Shown here piece after piece: positions 1 through 12,095 of a stretch of 64,000 bases of DNA. The translations under genes and the position numbers were made by a program. The notes below the pieces were generated by a model, which saw only the letters and a program-made list of their open reading frames with translations, was not told the DNA's origin and made no database searches. The first letter of the stretch is position 1. Every line of letters begins with the position of its first letter. Source of the stretch: an uncultured bacterium (lineage in GTDB: Bacteria; Krumholzibacteriota; Krumholzibacteriia; LZORAL124-64-63); contig CAVSZB010000003.1 in assembly GCA_963732385.1 (NCBI GenBank), forward strand, positions 32,001-96,000. Direction: 5' to 3'.

Positions 1-1144
1 CGGCATCAGCCGCCGCCAACAGCGCCTCCCTCAGCGCCTCCACTCCAGCTCCGGTATGCGCGGACGTAAATACGACGCCACCGGCCGGGCCGATAGCCCC
101 GGCCGCAAGATCGGCTTTGGTGCCGACCCGCAAGAGGCGCGCCCCGCCGTCCACCACCGCTTCGTCCAGGTCCGGAGCCGCAGGCACGGTGAGGTCGTGC
201 AGCCAGAGCACAATATCAGCCTCGGCGAGCGCGGCCCGCGCGAGATCCATGCCCCGGCCTTCCACCCGCCCGCCGCCCTCGCGCAGGCCGGCCGTGTCGT
301 GAAGCACGAACGTCAGACCGCCATACCGCAAGCTGGCCGAGACTACGTCACGCGTGGTGCCGGGCTCGGAGTCCACCAGCGCCCGATCCCGCCCCACCAG
401 TGCGTTGAAAAGGGAACTCTTGCCGCTATTGGGCGGACCAGCCAGGACCACGCGCACCCCGTCGCGAAGCTGCCGGGCCGCCGGCGCCAGGGCGAGCAGG
501 CGATCGAGCCCCTCGCCGGCGGCCCGCAGGTCGGCCACGACCCGCTCCCGCTCCACGCTCCGCGCCAGCCCCGACTCGCCAAATTCCACGCTCCCCTCGA
601 GATCCGCCAGCAGATCGCGCAAGGGTCCCTCGATGGCCGCAACCTCCTGCCGCAGCCCCCCCCGCAATTGCGCCAGCGCCGCGGTGGCCGTCAGTTCGTC
701 CTCGGCGTGGATCAGATCGGCCACCGCTTCGGCCTGATCGAGCGAGAGCCGTCCGTTCATGAAAGCGCGGCGCGTAAATTCGCCCGGGCCGGCCGGGCGC
801 GCCCCGGCCGTTACGCAGGCATCGAACACGCGGCGGGCCGGCATCCGTCCACCGTGACAGTGGAACTCCACCGTGTTCTCGCCAGTGTAGCTGCGTGGCG
901 CCAGCAACGGCAGCATGAGCGCCTCATCCAGCGCCTCCCCCGCCGCCGAAACGACCAGTCCGAACCGTGCGCGGTGCGAGGCGAGCGCCGTCCCGGGGTG
1001 CGCCGGACGGAACAGCGCGGCTGCGATCGCCAGCGCGCCCGCTCCACTTACGCGAACCACCGCCAGCCCTCCCGCCCCTTCCGGGGTGGCGATGGCCACG
1101 ATGGTGTCGTGGCGCGGCTCCCCGGAGTCCCCGCCCTGCGTCAT
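1..1144 (-). CDS. mnmE: tRNA modification GTPase MnmE (3' end runs off window start)
   Basis: Not in the ORF track. Manual translation from ATG at 1144 (GGAGG upstream) gives MTQGGDSGEPRHDTIVAIATPEGAGGLAVVRVSG...SYTGENTVEFHCHG...GPPNSGKSSLFNAL...GTTRD...DTAGL. Canonical position downstream of jag/yidC. Confidence 0.95.
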   Translation of the reverse strand, partial: MTQGGDSGEPRHDTIVAIATPEGAGGLAVVRVSGAGALAIAAALFRPAHPGTALASHRARFGLVVSAAGEALDEALMLPLLAPRSYTGENTVEFHCHGGRMPARRVFDACVTAGARPAGPGEFTRRAFMNGRLSLDQAEAVADLIHAEDELTATAALAQLRGGLRQEVAAIEGPLRDLLADLEGSVEFGESGLARSVERERVVADLRAAGEGLDRLLALAPAARQLRDGVRVVLAGPPNSGKSSLFNALVGRDRALVDSEPGTTRDVVSASLRYGGLTFVLHDTAGLREGGGRVEGRGMDLARAALAEADIVLWLHDLTVPAAPDLDEAVVDGGARLLRVGTKADLAAGAIGPAGGVVFTSAHTGAGVEALREALLAAADA

Positions 1145-1163
1145 GTCCCGGCCTCCGTTCGGG

Positions 1164-1195
1164 AAAAACGCGGGGCGGCGCCGGCGCGCCGCCCC
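1164..1195 (-). terminator. Putative intrinsic terminator/hairpin between jag and mnmE
   Basis: 9-bp stem GGGGCGGCG/CGCCGCCCC (1172-1180, 1187-1195) followed on the minus strand by TTTTT. Confidence 0.55.
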
Positions 1196-1219
1196 CACCT
1201 TCCACCACCGCGATCCGGA

Positions 1220-2596
1220 CTAGAGGGCCGGCGCGTCGGGCGGAGCGGAGCGGCCCCCGCTGGCCGCCTCCGGTTTCGCGCCGGAATCGGCCGCACCCTC
1301 GGCAGGGTCGGCCTGGTCCGCGTCGGCGCCACTGCCGGTCGCAACGCCGTCCGGCGGCATCGCCCCGGCCGGGGCCACAACCACGTGCTTGCCCTCCTCG
1401 TTCATCACCGTGAAGGTCTGCACTCCGGACACCTTCGCCACCTCGAGGTGGACGACCCGCCGCTCGCGCGCCGGCAGCGACTCCAGGCTCTCCTGCTCGC
1501 CGCTGCGCAACACCCGCGCCGCGATCTCCTGAGCCCGCTGCACCAGCCGCTCTTCGCGCCGCCGGCGATAGTTGTTCACGTCCAGGTTCATGTGGACGTG
1601 CGCCCCCACCGCCTGGCTCGCCATCCGCTCGACGAGATGCTCGATCGCGTCGATGGTGGCGCCGTTGCGCCCGATCAGCAGCGCCGCGCTGCTTTCGTCG
1701 GTCAAAATCCTGACGGCGTGGTATTCGCCCGGCCGTACGTCAACCCGGCACGGGAAGCCGGCCCGCGCCATCAACTCGGTAGTCAGCTTCTGGATCGCCG
1801 TGGGCGCCTCCGCTTCCGGCACGTCGCGCAGCGGCGTGACCAGTTCGGCCGCCGCCATGAGCGCGCCGAACCCGGCGGCGGCAGGCGGCGCCGCGACCGG
1901 CACCGAAGACGGCGACGGCGCAGGAGAAGGCAAGGGCGATACTACGGGCGGCGGCGCGGCGACCGGAGGCGGCGCGACCGCCGGCGGCACGGCAACGACC
2001 GGCGCAACGGGCGACGGAATCACGGCTGGCGGCGAGAACGAGCGCGGCGCCTCGGCGTCCGGCGATGACGACGCGGCGACCGGCTCAACCCGTGGCGCGC
2101 CCTCTCCCTCGCTGCGGCCCCTGCCCCGACCCCGGCCACCCCGGCGGCGACGGGTCCGCTCGCCTCCGGCGGCGGCGTTCCCGTCGCGGCCACGATCCCG
2201 GTCGCCCGACGCCGACCCGGCGACCGGTCCCTTGGCCGGTGCGGCGGCGGCGGCCCGCGGCTCGCGGTTGTCGCGCGGGCCGCGGGCGTTGCGGTCGTCC
2301 CGGCCTTCACGATTGTCCCGGCCTTCGCGGCCCCGTCCGCGGCTGTCGCGGCTCCGCTCCTCGCCTCCGCGGGGACGCGCCGGAGCGTCGCGCCGGGCGG
2401 CCCCGTCGGTCCGCCGCATGACCTTGCGCGAGACTTTCACGCGCGCCGGCTTGCCGCCAAACAGGCCGAGCAGGCCGGCCTTTCCCTTGTCGAGCACCTC
2501 GATTTCGATCTCGTCGCGGCGCGCCCCCAGGCGCAGCAGCGCTTCCGAGATGGCGTCCTCGACGGTCCGGCCCTTGAACTCCATGGCGTCACTCAT
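1220..2596 (-). CDS. jag: RNA-binding protein Jag/KhpB/EloR (Jag_N, KH, R3H) with long disordered linker
   Basis: N-term GRTVEDAISEAL...EIEVLDKGKAGLLGLFGGKPARV; KH motif LLIGRNGATIDAI; R3H ERRVVH; directly after yidC. Confidence 0.93.
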   Translation of the reverse strand: MSDAMEFKGRTVEDAISEALLRLGARRDEIEIEVLDKGKAGLLGLFGGKPARVKVSRKVMRRTDGAARRDAPARPRGGEERSRDSRGRGREGRDNREGRDDRNARGPRDNREPRAAAAAPAKGPVAGSASGDRDRGRDGNAAAGGERTRRRRGGRGRGRGRSEGEGAPRVEPVAASSSPDAEAPRSFSPPAVIPSPVAPVVAVPPAVAPPPVAAPPPVVSPLPSPAPSPSSVPVAAPPAAAGFGALMAAAELVTPLRDVPEAEAPTAIQKLTTELMARAGFPCRVDVRPGEYHAVRILTDESSAALLIGRNGATIDAIEHLVERMASQAVGAHVHMNLDVNNYRRRREERLVQRAQEIAARVLRSGEQESLESLPARERRVVHLEVAKVSGVQTFTVMNEEGKHVVVAPAGAMPPDGVATGSGADADQADPAEGAADSGAKPEAASGGRSAPPDAPAL

Positions 2597-4362
2597 GCCT
2601 GGGCACCTCCGCGAACGGGCGTGGTCACGTGGATCCTCCAGGTCTGGTAGATCGTCAGCAGGTTATTGACGAGCCAGTAGAGCACCAGACCGGAAGGAAA
2701 GCTGTAGAAGAAGAAAAGCATCATCACCGGCATAAGTTTATTCATCATCGCCATCGACGCGCCGCCGGCCGGCGCGGACGGGGTGATCTTAACCTGCCAG
2801 TAGGTGGATCCGGCCATCAGGAGCGGCAGCAGATTGAACTCGTTGCCGAAGAACGGCAGGCCGAACGGCAGGTGGAACAACGCATCGGGCTGGCCGAGGT
2901 CGTTGATCCATCCCACGAACGGCGCCTGCCGCAGCGCGATGTCCCCGCGCAGCACCTGGTAGAGCGCCACAAAGACCGGCATCTGCAGCAGCATCGGGAG
3001 GCACCCGCCCATCGGGTTGATCTTCTCCTCCTTGTACAGCTTCATCATCTCCTGGCTGAGCTTCTCCTGATTGCCTTTGAACTTCTCCTGAAGCGCCTTC
3101 ATCTTCGGCTGCACCTCCTGCATGCGCTTCATGGAGCGGGTGCTGCTGACGGTGAGCGGGTAGAACGCCACCTTGGTCAACACCGACAACAGGATGATGA
3201 TGAGGCCGTAGTTCGGCAGCCAGCGGTAGAGCCAGTTCATGAAGCCGAGCGTGAGCGCCGCCAGCGGGTGGAAGATCTTCCAGCCCAGATCGACGCTCTT
3301 CTCCAGCCCGACTTTGTATGACTTCAGCAGGTCGTACTGCGCCGGTCCGAGGTAGAACGACAGCCGCGCGCCGCCGGCCGCCCCCGGCCGCAGCGTCAGC
3401 GGGCGCTCCACCCACCATGTCTGCTGGCCCCGTTCCGGCGCGCCGTCCAGATGCGCCATCCCGGCGACCGGCTTCTCCCTCCCGTCCGCCACGAAACCGG
3501 CGATCAGGAAGTACTTGTTCTGCACCCCGGCGAAGCGGATCGAGCCCTCGAAGGTGGCCCTCGCCTTCTCCGCGTCCTTACCGAGGCTGCGCCGCGCCTT
3601 GAACTGGATCTCCTCGCCGACCATGGCGAAGGCGCGGAACGCCATGTCCTCAAGCTTGCGGTTGCGCTCGGTGCTGGCGATGCCGGCCGTCCAGGCGAAG
3701 TGCGCGCGCACCGGATCGCCGACCAGAGCGAGGGCCGGCCCGCTGCCGGCGACGTCAAGATCGACCGTGAAATCGTACCTTCCGGGCAGGAAGGTGTAGG
3801 TCTTTCTAACCTCGATCCCACCCTCGGTGCGCGCTGTGAAGGTGACGCTGCGCGGGGGGTCGCCGGCGGCGATCCGCAATTCGGGCCCGGCGTCCGACAA
3901 ATACGGCGCGCCGGAGAGATCGAGCGTGGCGCGTGCGAACACGGCGGCGTCGCCCTGGCCCGGGCCGGGGGCGGGGGCGTCGGCCGGGATCAGCTCGACC
4001 GGACCGCCCGTGGGGCCCTTGAAGCGCAGGCTGCGCCAGCTCGTCAGCCGGGCGCCGAGCGGGTCGATCGTCAACTCATACAGATCGGTCGCCACATGCA
4101 GCGGCGCGCCGGCGGCCGGCGCGAACCGCAGCGGGTCGCCCGAATCGGAAGGAGAACCGGCGGCGGCCGACGCGGTCGCCACAGCGGCGGGACTCGCCAC
4201 GACGCCCGCCGTAGCATCGACCGCTTCAGCCGGGGCGGTCGCCGCGGGCGAGGGCTCTGGCAACACCACCGGGCGCGGCCCGGACAGCCGGCTCGTCAAC
4301 GCCGCGAATCCGACCAGGACGATGAAGCTCAGGACAAAAGCCAACAGCGTGCGCCTATCCAT
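2593..4362 (-). CDS. yidC: Membrane protein insertase YidC
   Basis: Start [12 protein letters not shown] at 4362; [50 protein letters not shown]. Confidence 0.97.
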   Translation of the reverse strand: MDRRTLLAFVLSFIVLVGFAALTSRLSGPRPVVLPEPSPAATAPAEAVDATAGVVASPAAVATASAAAGSPSDSGDPLRFAPAAGAPLHVATDLYELTIDPLGARLTSWRSLRFKGPTGGPVELIPADAPAPGPGQGDAAVFARATLDLSGAPYLSDAGPELRIAAGDPPRSVTFTARTEGGIEVRKTYTFLPGRYDFTVDLDVAGSGPALALVGDPVRAHFAWTAGIASTERNRKLEDMAFRAFAMVGEEIQFKARRSLGKDAEKARATFEGSIRFAGVQNKYFLIAGFVADGREKPVAGMAHLDGAPERGQQTWWVERPLTLRPGAAGGARLSFYLGPAQYDLLKSYKVGLEKSVDLGWKIFHPLAALTLGFMNWLYRWLPNYGLIIILLSVLTKVAFYPLTVSSTRSMKRMQEVQPKMKALQEKFKGNQEKLSQEMMKLYKEEKINPMGGCLPMLLQMPVFVALYQVLRGDIALRQAPFVGWINDLGQPDALFHLPFGLPFFGNEFNLLPLLMAGSTYWQVKITPSAPAGGASMAMMNKLMPVMMLFFFYSFPSGLVLYWLVNNLLTIYQTWRIHVTTPVRGGAQA

Positions 4363-4621
4363 GCGACCTCTCTCCGGTGGAGGTGGGCGACCGCACGAGC
4401 GCGGCCGCCGGCGGCGGAACGGGATCGAGGCCCCCTGCGCGCCAGGGGTGGCACCGCAACAGCCGCCGTGCCGCGAGCCAGCCACCGCGCAGCAATCCGT
4501 GGGTGCGCAGCGCCTCTGCGGCATAGGCGGAGCAGGTGGGTGAAAAGCGGCAGGAACCGGGCAGCAGGGGCGACAGGGCGCGACGGTAGAGAGTGATGAG
4601 CAAGTAAGGGAAGCGCCACAT
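4355..4621 (-). CDS. yidD: Membrane protein insertion efficiency factor YidD
   Basis: [27 protein letters not shown]...[15 protein letters not shown] motif; between rnpA and yidC; start chosen at ATG 4621. Confidence 0.93.
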   Translation of the reverse strand: MWRFPYLLITLYRRALSPLLPGSCRFSPTCSAYAAEALRTHGLLRGGWLAARRLLRCHPWRAGGLDPVPPPAAALVRSPTSTGERSHG

Positions 4622-4685
4622 GTCGGGTCCGCAACTCCGCGATGCCTGGGAGAATGACGACTCGCCCGGCACCACCGGCGGCAAG

Positions 4686-5036
4686 TCAGGGGTTCGTTAG
4701 GCGCGACAGCAGACTATCGAGTTCGCCGCAGACATCGTCAATACCGGCGGACAGGATGTCGCGCCGCGCGACCAGGACGATCCAGCATCCGGGATTGCCC
4801 GGTCGACACGCATGCCCCGCGAGGCAGGCCTCCACCGAGGCGCGCCGCAGTGCTTCACGCAGCAGTCGTTTCGCGCGGTTGCGCTGGACCGCTTTGCCGA
4901 CCTTGCGGCTTGCCACGACGCCCCGTGCATCGTCTTCGGCCGCCAGCAGATACACAACAAGCAGACGCCCGACGCGCTTGTCGCCTTCCGCATAGACCTT
5001 CGCGAATTCCCGTATCGTGCGGAGCGAACGCGTCAC
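4686..5036 (-). CDS. rnpA: Ribonuclease P protein component
   Basis: RNR motif [19 protein letters not shown]; follows rpmH. Confidence 0.95.
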   Translation of the reverse strand: MTRSLRTIREFAKVYAEGDKRVGRLLVVYLLAAEDDARGVVASRKVGKAVQRNRAKRLLREALRRASVEACLAGHACRPGNPGCWIVLVARRDILSAGIDDVCGELDSLLSRLTNP

Positions 5037-5052
5037 GCGCGGCGCGCCTGCA

Positions 5053-5187
5053 TCAGACGCTGAGGCGCTTGCGACCCTTGGCGCGGCGGCGCTTGAGCAC
5101 CAGACGCCCGGCGCGCGTCGACATGCGCTTGCGGAACCCGTGCGTTCGGGCCCGGCAGATATTGCTCGGCTGGTAAGTGCGCTTCAC
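5053..5187 (-). CDS. rpmH: 50S ribosomal protein L34
   Basis: GTG start with [52 protein letters not shown] (44 aa). Confidence 0.98.
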   Translation of the reverse strand: MKRTYQPSNICRARTHGFRKRMSTRAGRLVLKRRRAKGRKRLSV

Positions 5188-5219
5188 GAAATCCTCCTTA
5201 ACGCGACCAGAATCGGCAA

Positions 5220-5248
5220 ACAGTAGCGAAACCACCCGGGGCTGTCAA
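5220..5248 (-). promoter_or_regulatory. sigma70-type promoter of the rpmH operon
   Basis: Minus strand TTGACA-N17-TACTGT about 30 nt upstream of the rpmH start. Confidence 0.65.
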
Positions 5249-5454
5249 GGCTTGGCTGTCTCCCGCCCTGTCCGGATGCTGCCTCCGACGACCGGCCAGA
5301 CTCCGGTCCCGCAACTTCCGATACGACAAGCTGCTCCAGATCCGGCTCGAGGACGGGCGTTCCGGGGGGGTTGCCGGCCCGGCGAGGGGTGGAGCATTAA
5401 TCGATTGCCGGACAAGAACCTGCCCTTATTGAAGCTCCCGGGCGGAGAAAGCCC

Positions 5455-5483
5455 TTGCCGGACCTGGAGGCCTATGATAGGTT
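5455..5483 (+). promoter_or_regulatory. Possible sigma70-type dnaA promoter
   Basis: TTGCCG-N17-TAGGTT with TG extension, upstream of the DnaA boxes. Confidence 0.35.
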
Positions 5484-5524
5484 TCGCCCCCTGGTGTTGA
5501 AAACGCGGCGGCGGCGGCGGCGAC

Positions 5525-5632
5525 TTGTCCACCAGTGGCGGCTGCAGTGGACAAGTTCTGGTTGCGGCCGCGTCTTGCTGGGCTATGTTGTTGTATTTGT
5601 GTGTGTTGGGTGGTTTGTTGGGCTGTGGACAA
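5525..5632. promoter_or_regulatory. DnaA boxes upstream of dnaA (autoregulation / oriC part 1)
   Basis: TTGTCCACC 5525-5533, AGTGGACAA 5546-5554, TGTGGACAA 5624-5632 (high-GC variant TTGTCCACA consensus). Confidence 0.75.
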
Positions 5633-5683
5633 CCTGCGTCCTTCCGGGCCTTGGGGCCGCGGAAAGAAAGCTGATCGGGACCC

Positions 5684-7066
5684 ATGGATGCCGCTCCCCT
5701 GGACGCCTACTGGAACGATATTCTCGACGGCGTTCGGCCGCGGGTTTCCCAACAGACCTTCGAAACCTGGTTTCTGCCGCTGCGTCCCGGTCTCTGGACC
5801 GACAGCAATATCGAGGTGTTCTGCCCGGACCATTTTTTCATGGACTGGTTCAGCGAGCACCACGTGAACGCCTTGAACACCGCTGTCAGCGAGCACTTCG
5901 GGCGCGCTTCGATTTGCCGTCTCACCGTCGACCCGGCGCAGGCCGGCGCCCGGCGGGAGTTGCTGGCGGCCCGCCCCGCGGTCGGCCGCGAGTCGGCAGA
6001 TGCCGACGCCCTGCTGAACGGATCCCTTGCCCCGCCGCCCGGGCGCTCACGCCACAAACTCAATCCTGAATACACGTTCGACAGTTTCGTGGTCGGCTCC
6101 GGCTCGAAGCTGGCACATGCGGCCTCGATCGCGGTGAGCCGCAATCTGGGCGGGAGCTACAATCCGCTTTTCATCCACGGCGGCGTCGGCCTTGGCAAGA
6201 CCCACCTGATGCACGCCATCGGCAATGCCATACTCGCGACCTCTCCTGGCCGCCGGGTCTGCTATGTGACGGCGGAACAGTTCATGAACGACCTGATCCG
6301 ATCCATCCAGCAGAATCGCACCTACGATTTCAAGCGCGACTACCGCGGGGTGGACGTGCTTCTGGTGGATGACGTTGCCTTCCTGGCCGGCAAGGAGTCG
6401 ACCCAGGAGGAATTTTTCCACACGTTCAACGCCCTCCATAACGAGAACAAGCAGATCGTCCTCACCTCGGATCGCTCCCCGAAGGAGATCACCACCCTCG
6501 AGGAGCGGCTGCGGTCTCGTTTCGAGTGGGGGCTTATCGCAGATATTCAGGCTCCCGACCTTGAGACGCGCATTGCCATCCTCAAAAAGAAGGTCGAAGC
6601 CAACAACATCTACATCTCGGACGACGTCATCCAGTTCGTCGCCGAGAACATCACAACCAACATCCGCAAGCTTGAGGGGGCGCTGATCAAATTGCTGGCT
6701 TTCGCCAGCCTGACGGGTCACGAGATCAGTCTGGAAATGGCCTCGGAAGCTCTCTCCTCCTTTTTCCAGGCTGCTCCGGCGAGGACCGTGACGATAGCCG
6801 ACGTGATGGGGCTCGTGGCAGAGCGTCTTCATGTCACCGTCGATCAGCTCAAGTCCAAAAAGCGCACCCAGGACTTGGCCCTCGCCCGACAGGTGGCGAT
6901 GTTCATCGCCCGCGAAAAGGTCGGCGCCTCCCTCAATATGATCGGCAAGTCGTTCGGAAACCGTGATCACACCACGGTCCTGCACGCCTGCCAGAAAGTG
7001 GCCGCGCTGAGTGCTCAGGATCCGCTGTTCCGCGGTAAACTCAAGGATCTGTTCGCAGCGCTGTGA
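5684..7066 (+). CDS. dnaA: Chromosomal replication initiator DnaA
   Basis: LNPEYTFDSFVVG, YNPLFIHGGVGLGKTHL, TQEEFFHTFN, RLRSRFEWGL, FGNRDHTTVLHA. Confidence 0.99.
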   Translation: MDAAPLDAYWNDILDGVRPRVSQQTFETWFLPLRPGLWTDSNIEVFCPDHFFMDWFSEHHVNALNTAVSEHFGRASICRLTVDPAQAGARRELLAARPAVGRESADADALLNGSLAPPPGRSRHKLNPEYTFDSFVVGSGSKLAHAASIAVSRNLGGSYNPLFIHGGVGLGKTHLMHAIGNAILATSPGRRVCYVTAEQFMNDLIRSIQQNRTYDFKRDYRGVDVLLVDDVAFLAGKESTQEEFFHTFNALHNENKQIVLTSDRSPKEITTLEERLRSRFEWGLIADIQAPDLETRIAILKKKVEANNIYISDDVIQFVAENITTNIRKLEGALIKLLAFASLTGHEISLEMASEALSSFFQAAPARTVTIADVMGLVAERLHVTVDQLKSKKRTQDLALARQVAMFIAREKVGASLNMIGKSFGNRDHTTVLHACQKVAALSAQDPLFRGKLKDLFAAL

Positions 7067-7176
7067 TTCCTCCCGTGTAATATTGCTGCACCGGCGACGG
7101 CCCCCGGGGACCGTCGCCACCGTAACGCGACACTTCCGCCCACCCGATCACTCGAGGTCAACGCGGTGCGCAAGCC

Positions 7177-7390
7177 GGTGGACAGCCTGTGGATCAACCG
7201 GGGACAAGGGTCTCCTGGTGGACAACCGCCTGCTTGTCCACGTGTCCCGCGCCCATCTCCGCACCGCTGCGTCCCCAGGGTGTCTGCCCTTGAAACCGGC
7301 TATTCTGCTTTATCCGGGGCCTTGCCAGACTTTTATCCCCGCTATCCACACCCCCTACTACTACTACGACTACACTACTTAAATAGAATC
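7177..7390. other. Replication origin oriC (dnaA-dnaN intergenic): DnaA boxes plus DnaA-trio unwinding element
   Basis: Box-like GGTGGACAG 7177, TGTGGATCA 7188, CGGGGACAA 7199, GGTGGACAA 7217, TTGTCCACG 7234; tandem TTATCCCCG/CTATCCACA 7333-7350, CCCC, then CTA repeats 7355-7379. Confidence 0.88.
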
Positions 7391-7467
7391 TTGAAGGGGG
7401 AGGGGAGCCCGTCTATCATTGCGTCCCACCCCACGCGTGCGGCCGCATTTGACCGGAGGCTCTTGAC

Positions 7468-8592
7468 GTGAAGATCACGCTGCAGCAGGAAGACCTTTCG
7501 AAGGCCCTGAATGTTGTCGGCGGCATCGTGCCTGGAAAGACCACGCTGCCGATCCTTGCCTGCATCCTGCTTGAGGTCCGGGAGGGGGGAATCGAGTTTT
7601 CGGCCACCAATCTCGACATCTCCGCGTCCACCTTCACAGACAAAGTCACGGTCAAACGCAAAGGAAAGGTAGCTGTGCCAGCGGCGAAGTTCGTGGCGTT
7701 TGCGCGGACTCTTTCGCCGGGAGAGGTCACTATAGAGGAAAAGGGTGGTCGTGTTTCCGTGGTGAGCGGTCGCTCGGCGCTCGAAGAGCCCGTCATGAAC
7801 GCTGACGAATTTCCAGCTCTGCCGGCCCTTGGCGAGGACCAGGGGGTCGAGATGCCGGCCGATGCACTGGCCAGCATGATCCGCTCGACCGCCTACTCGG
7901 TTTCCCGCGATGAAACCCGACCGCCATTGCTCGGTATTCTGTGGGAAGTCCGACCCGGTTCGCTGCGTCTCATCGCTACAGACGCACACCGACTGGCGCG
8001 GGTGGAACGCAAGGTTAAACTCGGCGTCAAGGAAGAGCGGGCTTTCATAGCGGATACGCAGGGGCTGCTCCAGCTGGCACGTCTTGCCGAGGGGCAAGGC
8101 ACGTTGCGCATCTTCCTCGGAACGAACCAACTCAGCTTCCGGGTCGGCACCACGGTGTTGCACACCCGCCTGCTCGAAGGACCTTTTCCTGACTACGAGG
8201 CGGTCATTCCGAAAGCCAACAATCGCATTGTCACCATCGATCGCGAGGCGTTCGCCCAGGCGGTGCGACGCGTATCGATCACGGCAGACCGTCTCACGAA
8301 CCAGATCCGACTGGGCATCGAGTCGGGGCGGATGGAGTTGACCGCCGTGGGCAGTGACGGCAGCCGGGCCGAGGATCAGATCCCTGTCGGCTACGAAGGG
8401 GAAGCGCTGGAGATAGGCTTCAATTTCAACTATCTGCTGGATGTGCTGAAGAATCTGCGCGCGGAAACGCTCGAACTGGCCGTGAAGGATGCGCAGAGTG
8501 CGGCCCTGCTGCGCCCGGCGCCAGGCGACAAAAGCGCGGCGGACGAGGATCTGCTCTGCCTGCTGATGCCCCTGCGCCTCGCTGCGGACTGA
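7468..8592 (+). CDS. dnaN: DNA polymerase III beta sliding clamp
   Basis: TTLPILACIL, SATNLDI, ATDAHRLA, RLLEGPFPDYEAVIP, IGFNFNYLLDVL, LLMPLRL. Confidence 0.98.
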   Translation: MKITLQQEDLSKALNVVGGIVPGKTTLPILACILLEVREGGIEFSATNLDISASTFTDKVTVKRKGKVAVPAAKFVAFARTLSPGEVTIEEKGGRVSVVSGRSALEEPVMNADEFPALPALGEDQGVEMPADALASMIRSTAYSVSRDETRPPLLGILWEVRPGSLRLIATDAHRLARVERKVKLGVKEERAFIADTQGLLQLARLAEGQGTLRIFLGTNQLSFRVGTTVLHTRLLEGPFPDYEAVIPKANNRIVTIDREAFAQAVRRVSITADRLTNQIRLGIESGRMELTAVGSDGSRAEDQIPVGYEGEALEIGFNFNYLLDVLKNLRAETLELAVKDAQSAALLRPAPGDKSAADEDLLCLLMPLRLAAD

Positions 8593-8601
8593 GCGAGCGG
8601 T

Positions 8602-9743
8602 ATGCGGCTGCTCGAAGCGGGGGTCGATGACTTTCGCAATCTTGCGGCGACGCGCCTTGTCTTCTCGCCCGGCGTAAACGTTTTCCTTGGCGCCAACGGG
8701 CAGGGAAAATCGAATCTCCTCGAGGCGCTTGACTATGTAGCCCTCGGCCGCTCCCACCGGGGTGCCCGCGACGAGGACCTGCTCCGCTTCGGCGCGGCGC
8801 GGGCGCGGATAAGCCTGACTCTCGAAGAGGATTCGGGTACCCGGCGGGAGTTCACCTGCGCCCTGGGGCGGGGGGGCGAGCGCCGGCTGCAGTTCGACGG
8901 GGTGGTTATCGAGCGCCGCGCCGATCTGGTCGGACAGGTCGCCACGGTCCTGTTCGATCCCGCCACCGTATCGCTGGCCACGAACGGTCCCGAGCCACGC
9001 CGCCGCTTCGCCGATCAGGCAATCTCCTCGCTCGATCGGTCCTATCTGGAGCAGTTGCAGGCCTACCACCGCGCTCTCCGTCAGAAAGGGAGCCTGTTGC
9101 GCGACCTGCGCCGCGGAGGCGCGCAGTCGGCATCGATCGCGCGGGAGGAACTCACGGCCTGGAACCGCGAACTGGCGCGACACGCGGCCCCGCTCTGCGC
9201 CGCCCGCGCGGTCTGGGTGCGTCGCCTCGAGCCCCTGGCGGCAACGGCCTACGCCGAGCTCGATCCATCAAGCGCGCCGCTGGCTTTCCGGTACCATCCC
9301 CGCCTTGCCGCCTGCCGTGGCGACGACGGAGGAAAGAGCGATTTGGCCCGGGAAATTCTGGCGGAAATTGACTATATTGGGGAGGATGAAATCCGGCGGG
9401 GGCGGCCGCTGGCCGGCCCGCATCTTGACGATTTTGAACTGCTCCTGGGCGGGGTCGGCCTGCGGGGCTTCGGCTCCCGCGGGGAAATGCGCAGCGCCGC
9501 GCTGGCACTCAAGCTCGCCCACGGAGAACATATTTTCCAGCAGAGGCATGTCCGTCCTATTCTCTTTTTCGACGATGTGTTCAGCGAGCTGGACAAGGGG
9601 CGCGCCCGCCGCCTTCAGGAGCGCTGCGCGGCCGATCACCAGTTGATGATCGCCACGGCCCGCGCGGACGACGTTACGGGATGGCGACCGAGCGGTCTGC
9701 GTACGTGGGAGATCAGCGCCGGACGCGTGGAGGCGGGAGAGGC

Positions 9744-9747
<4 letters not shown>
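8602..9747 (+). CDS. recF: DNA replication/repair protein RecF
   Basis: FRNL, GANGQGKSNLLEAL, GPHLDD, GSRGE, FDDVFSELD. Confidence 0.97.
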
Positions 9748-12087
<2,340 letters not shown>

Positions 12088-12095
12088 GGCGCCCG

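Noticed and set aside
56..2068. 670-aa plus-strand ORF and many similar long ORFs (e.g. 7375-9183, 10264-12057, 17410-19641, 32507-34435, 36821-38998)
   Set aside because: Antisense shadows of clearly identified genes; long stop-free frames are expected at this GC content and they carry no recognisable motifs.
2593..4524. N-terminal extensions in the ORF track for yidC, gyrB, ferredoxin, OPT, djlA, motA and others
   Set aside because: Homology and RBS positions support downstream starts; the extensions are low-complexity or overlap neighbouring genes.
7355..7379. CTA trinucleotide repeat as a microsatellite or poly-Tyr ORF end
   Set aside because: Its position after tandem DnaA boxes in the dnaA-dnaN spacer fits DnaA-trios better.
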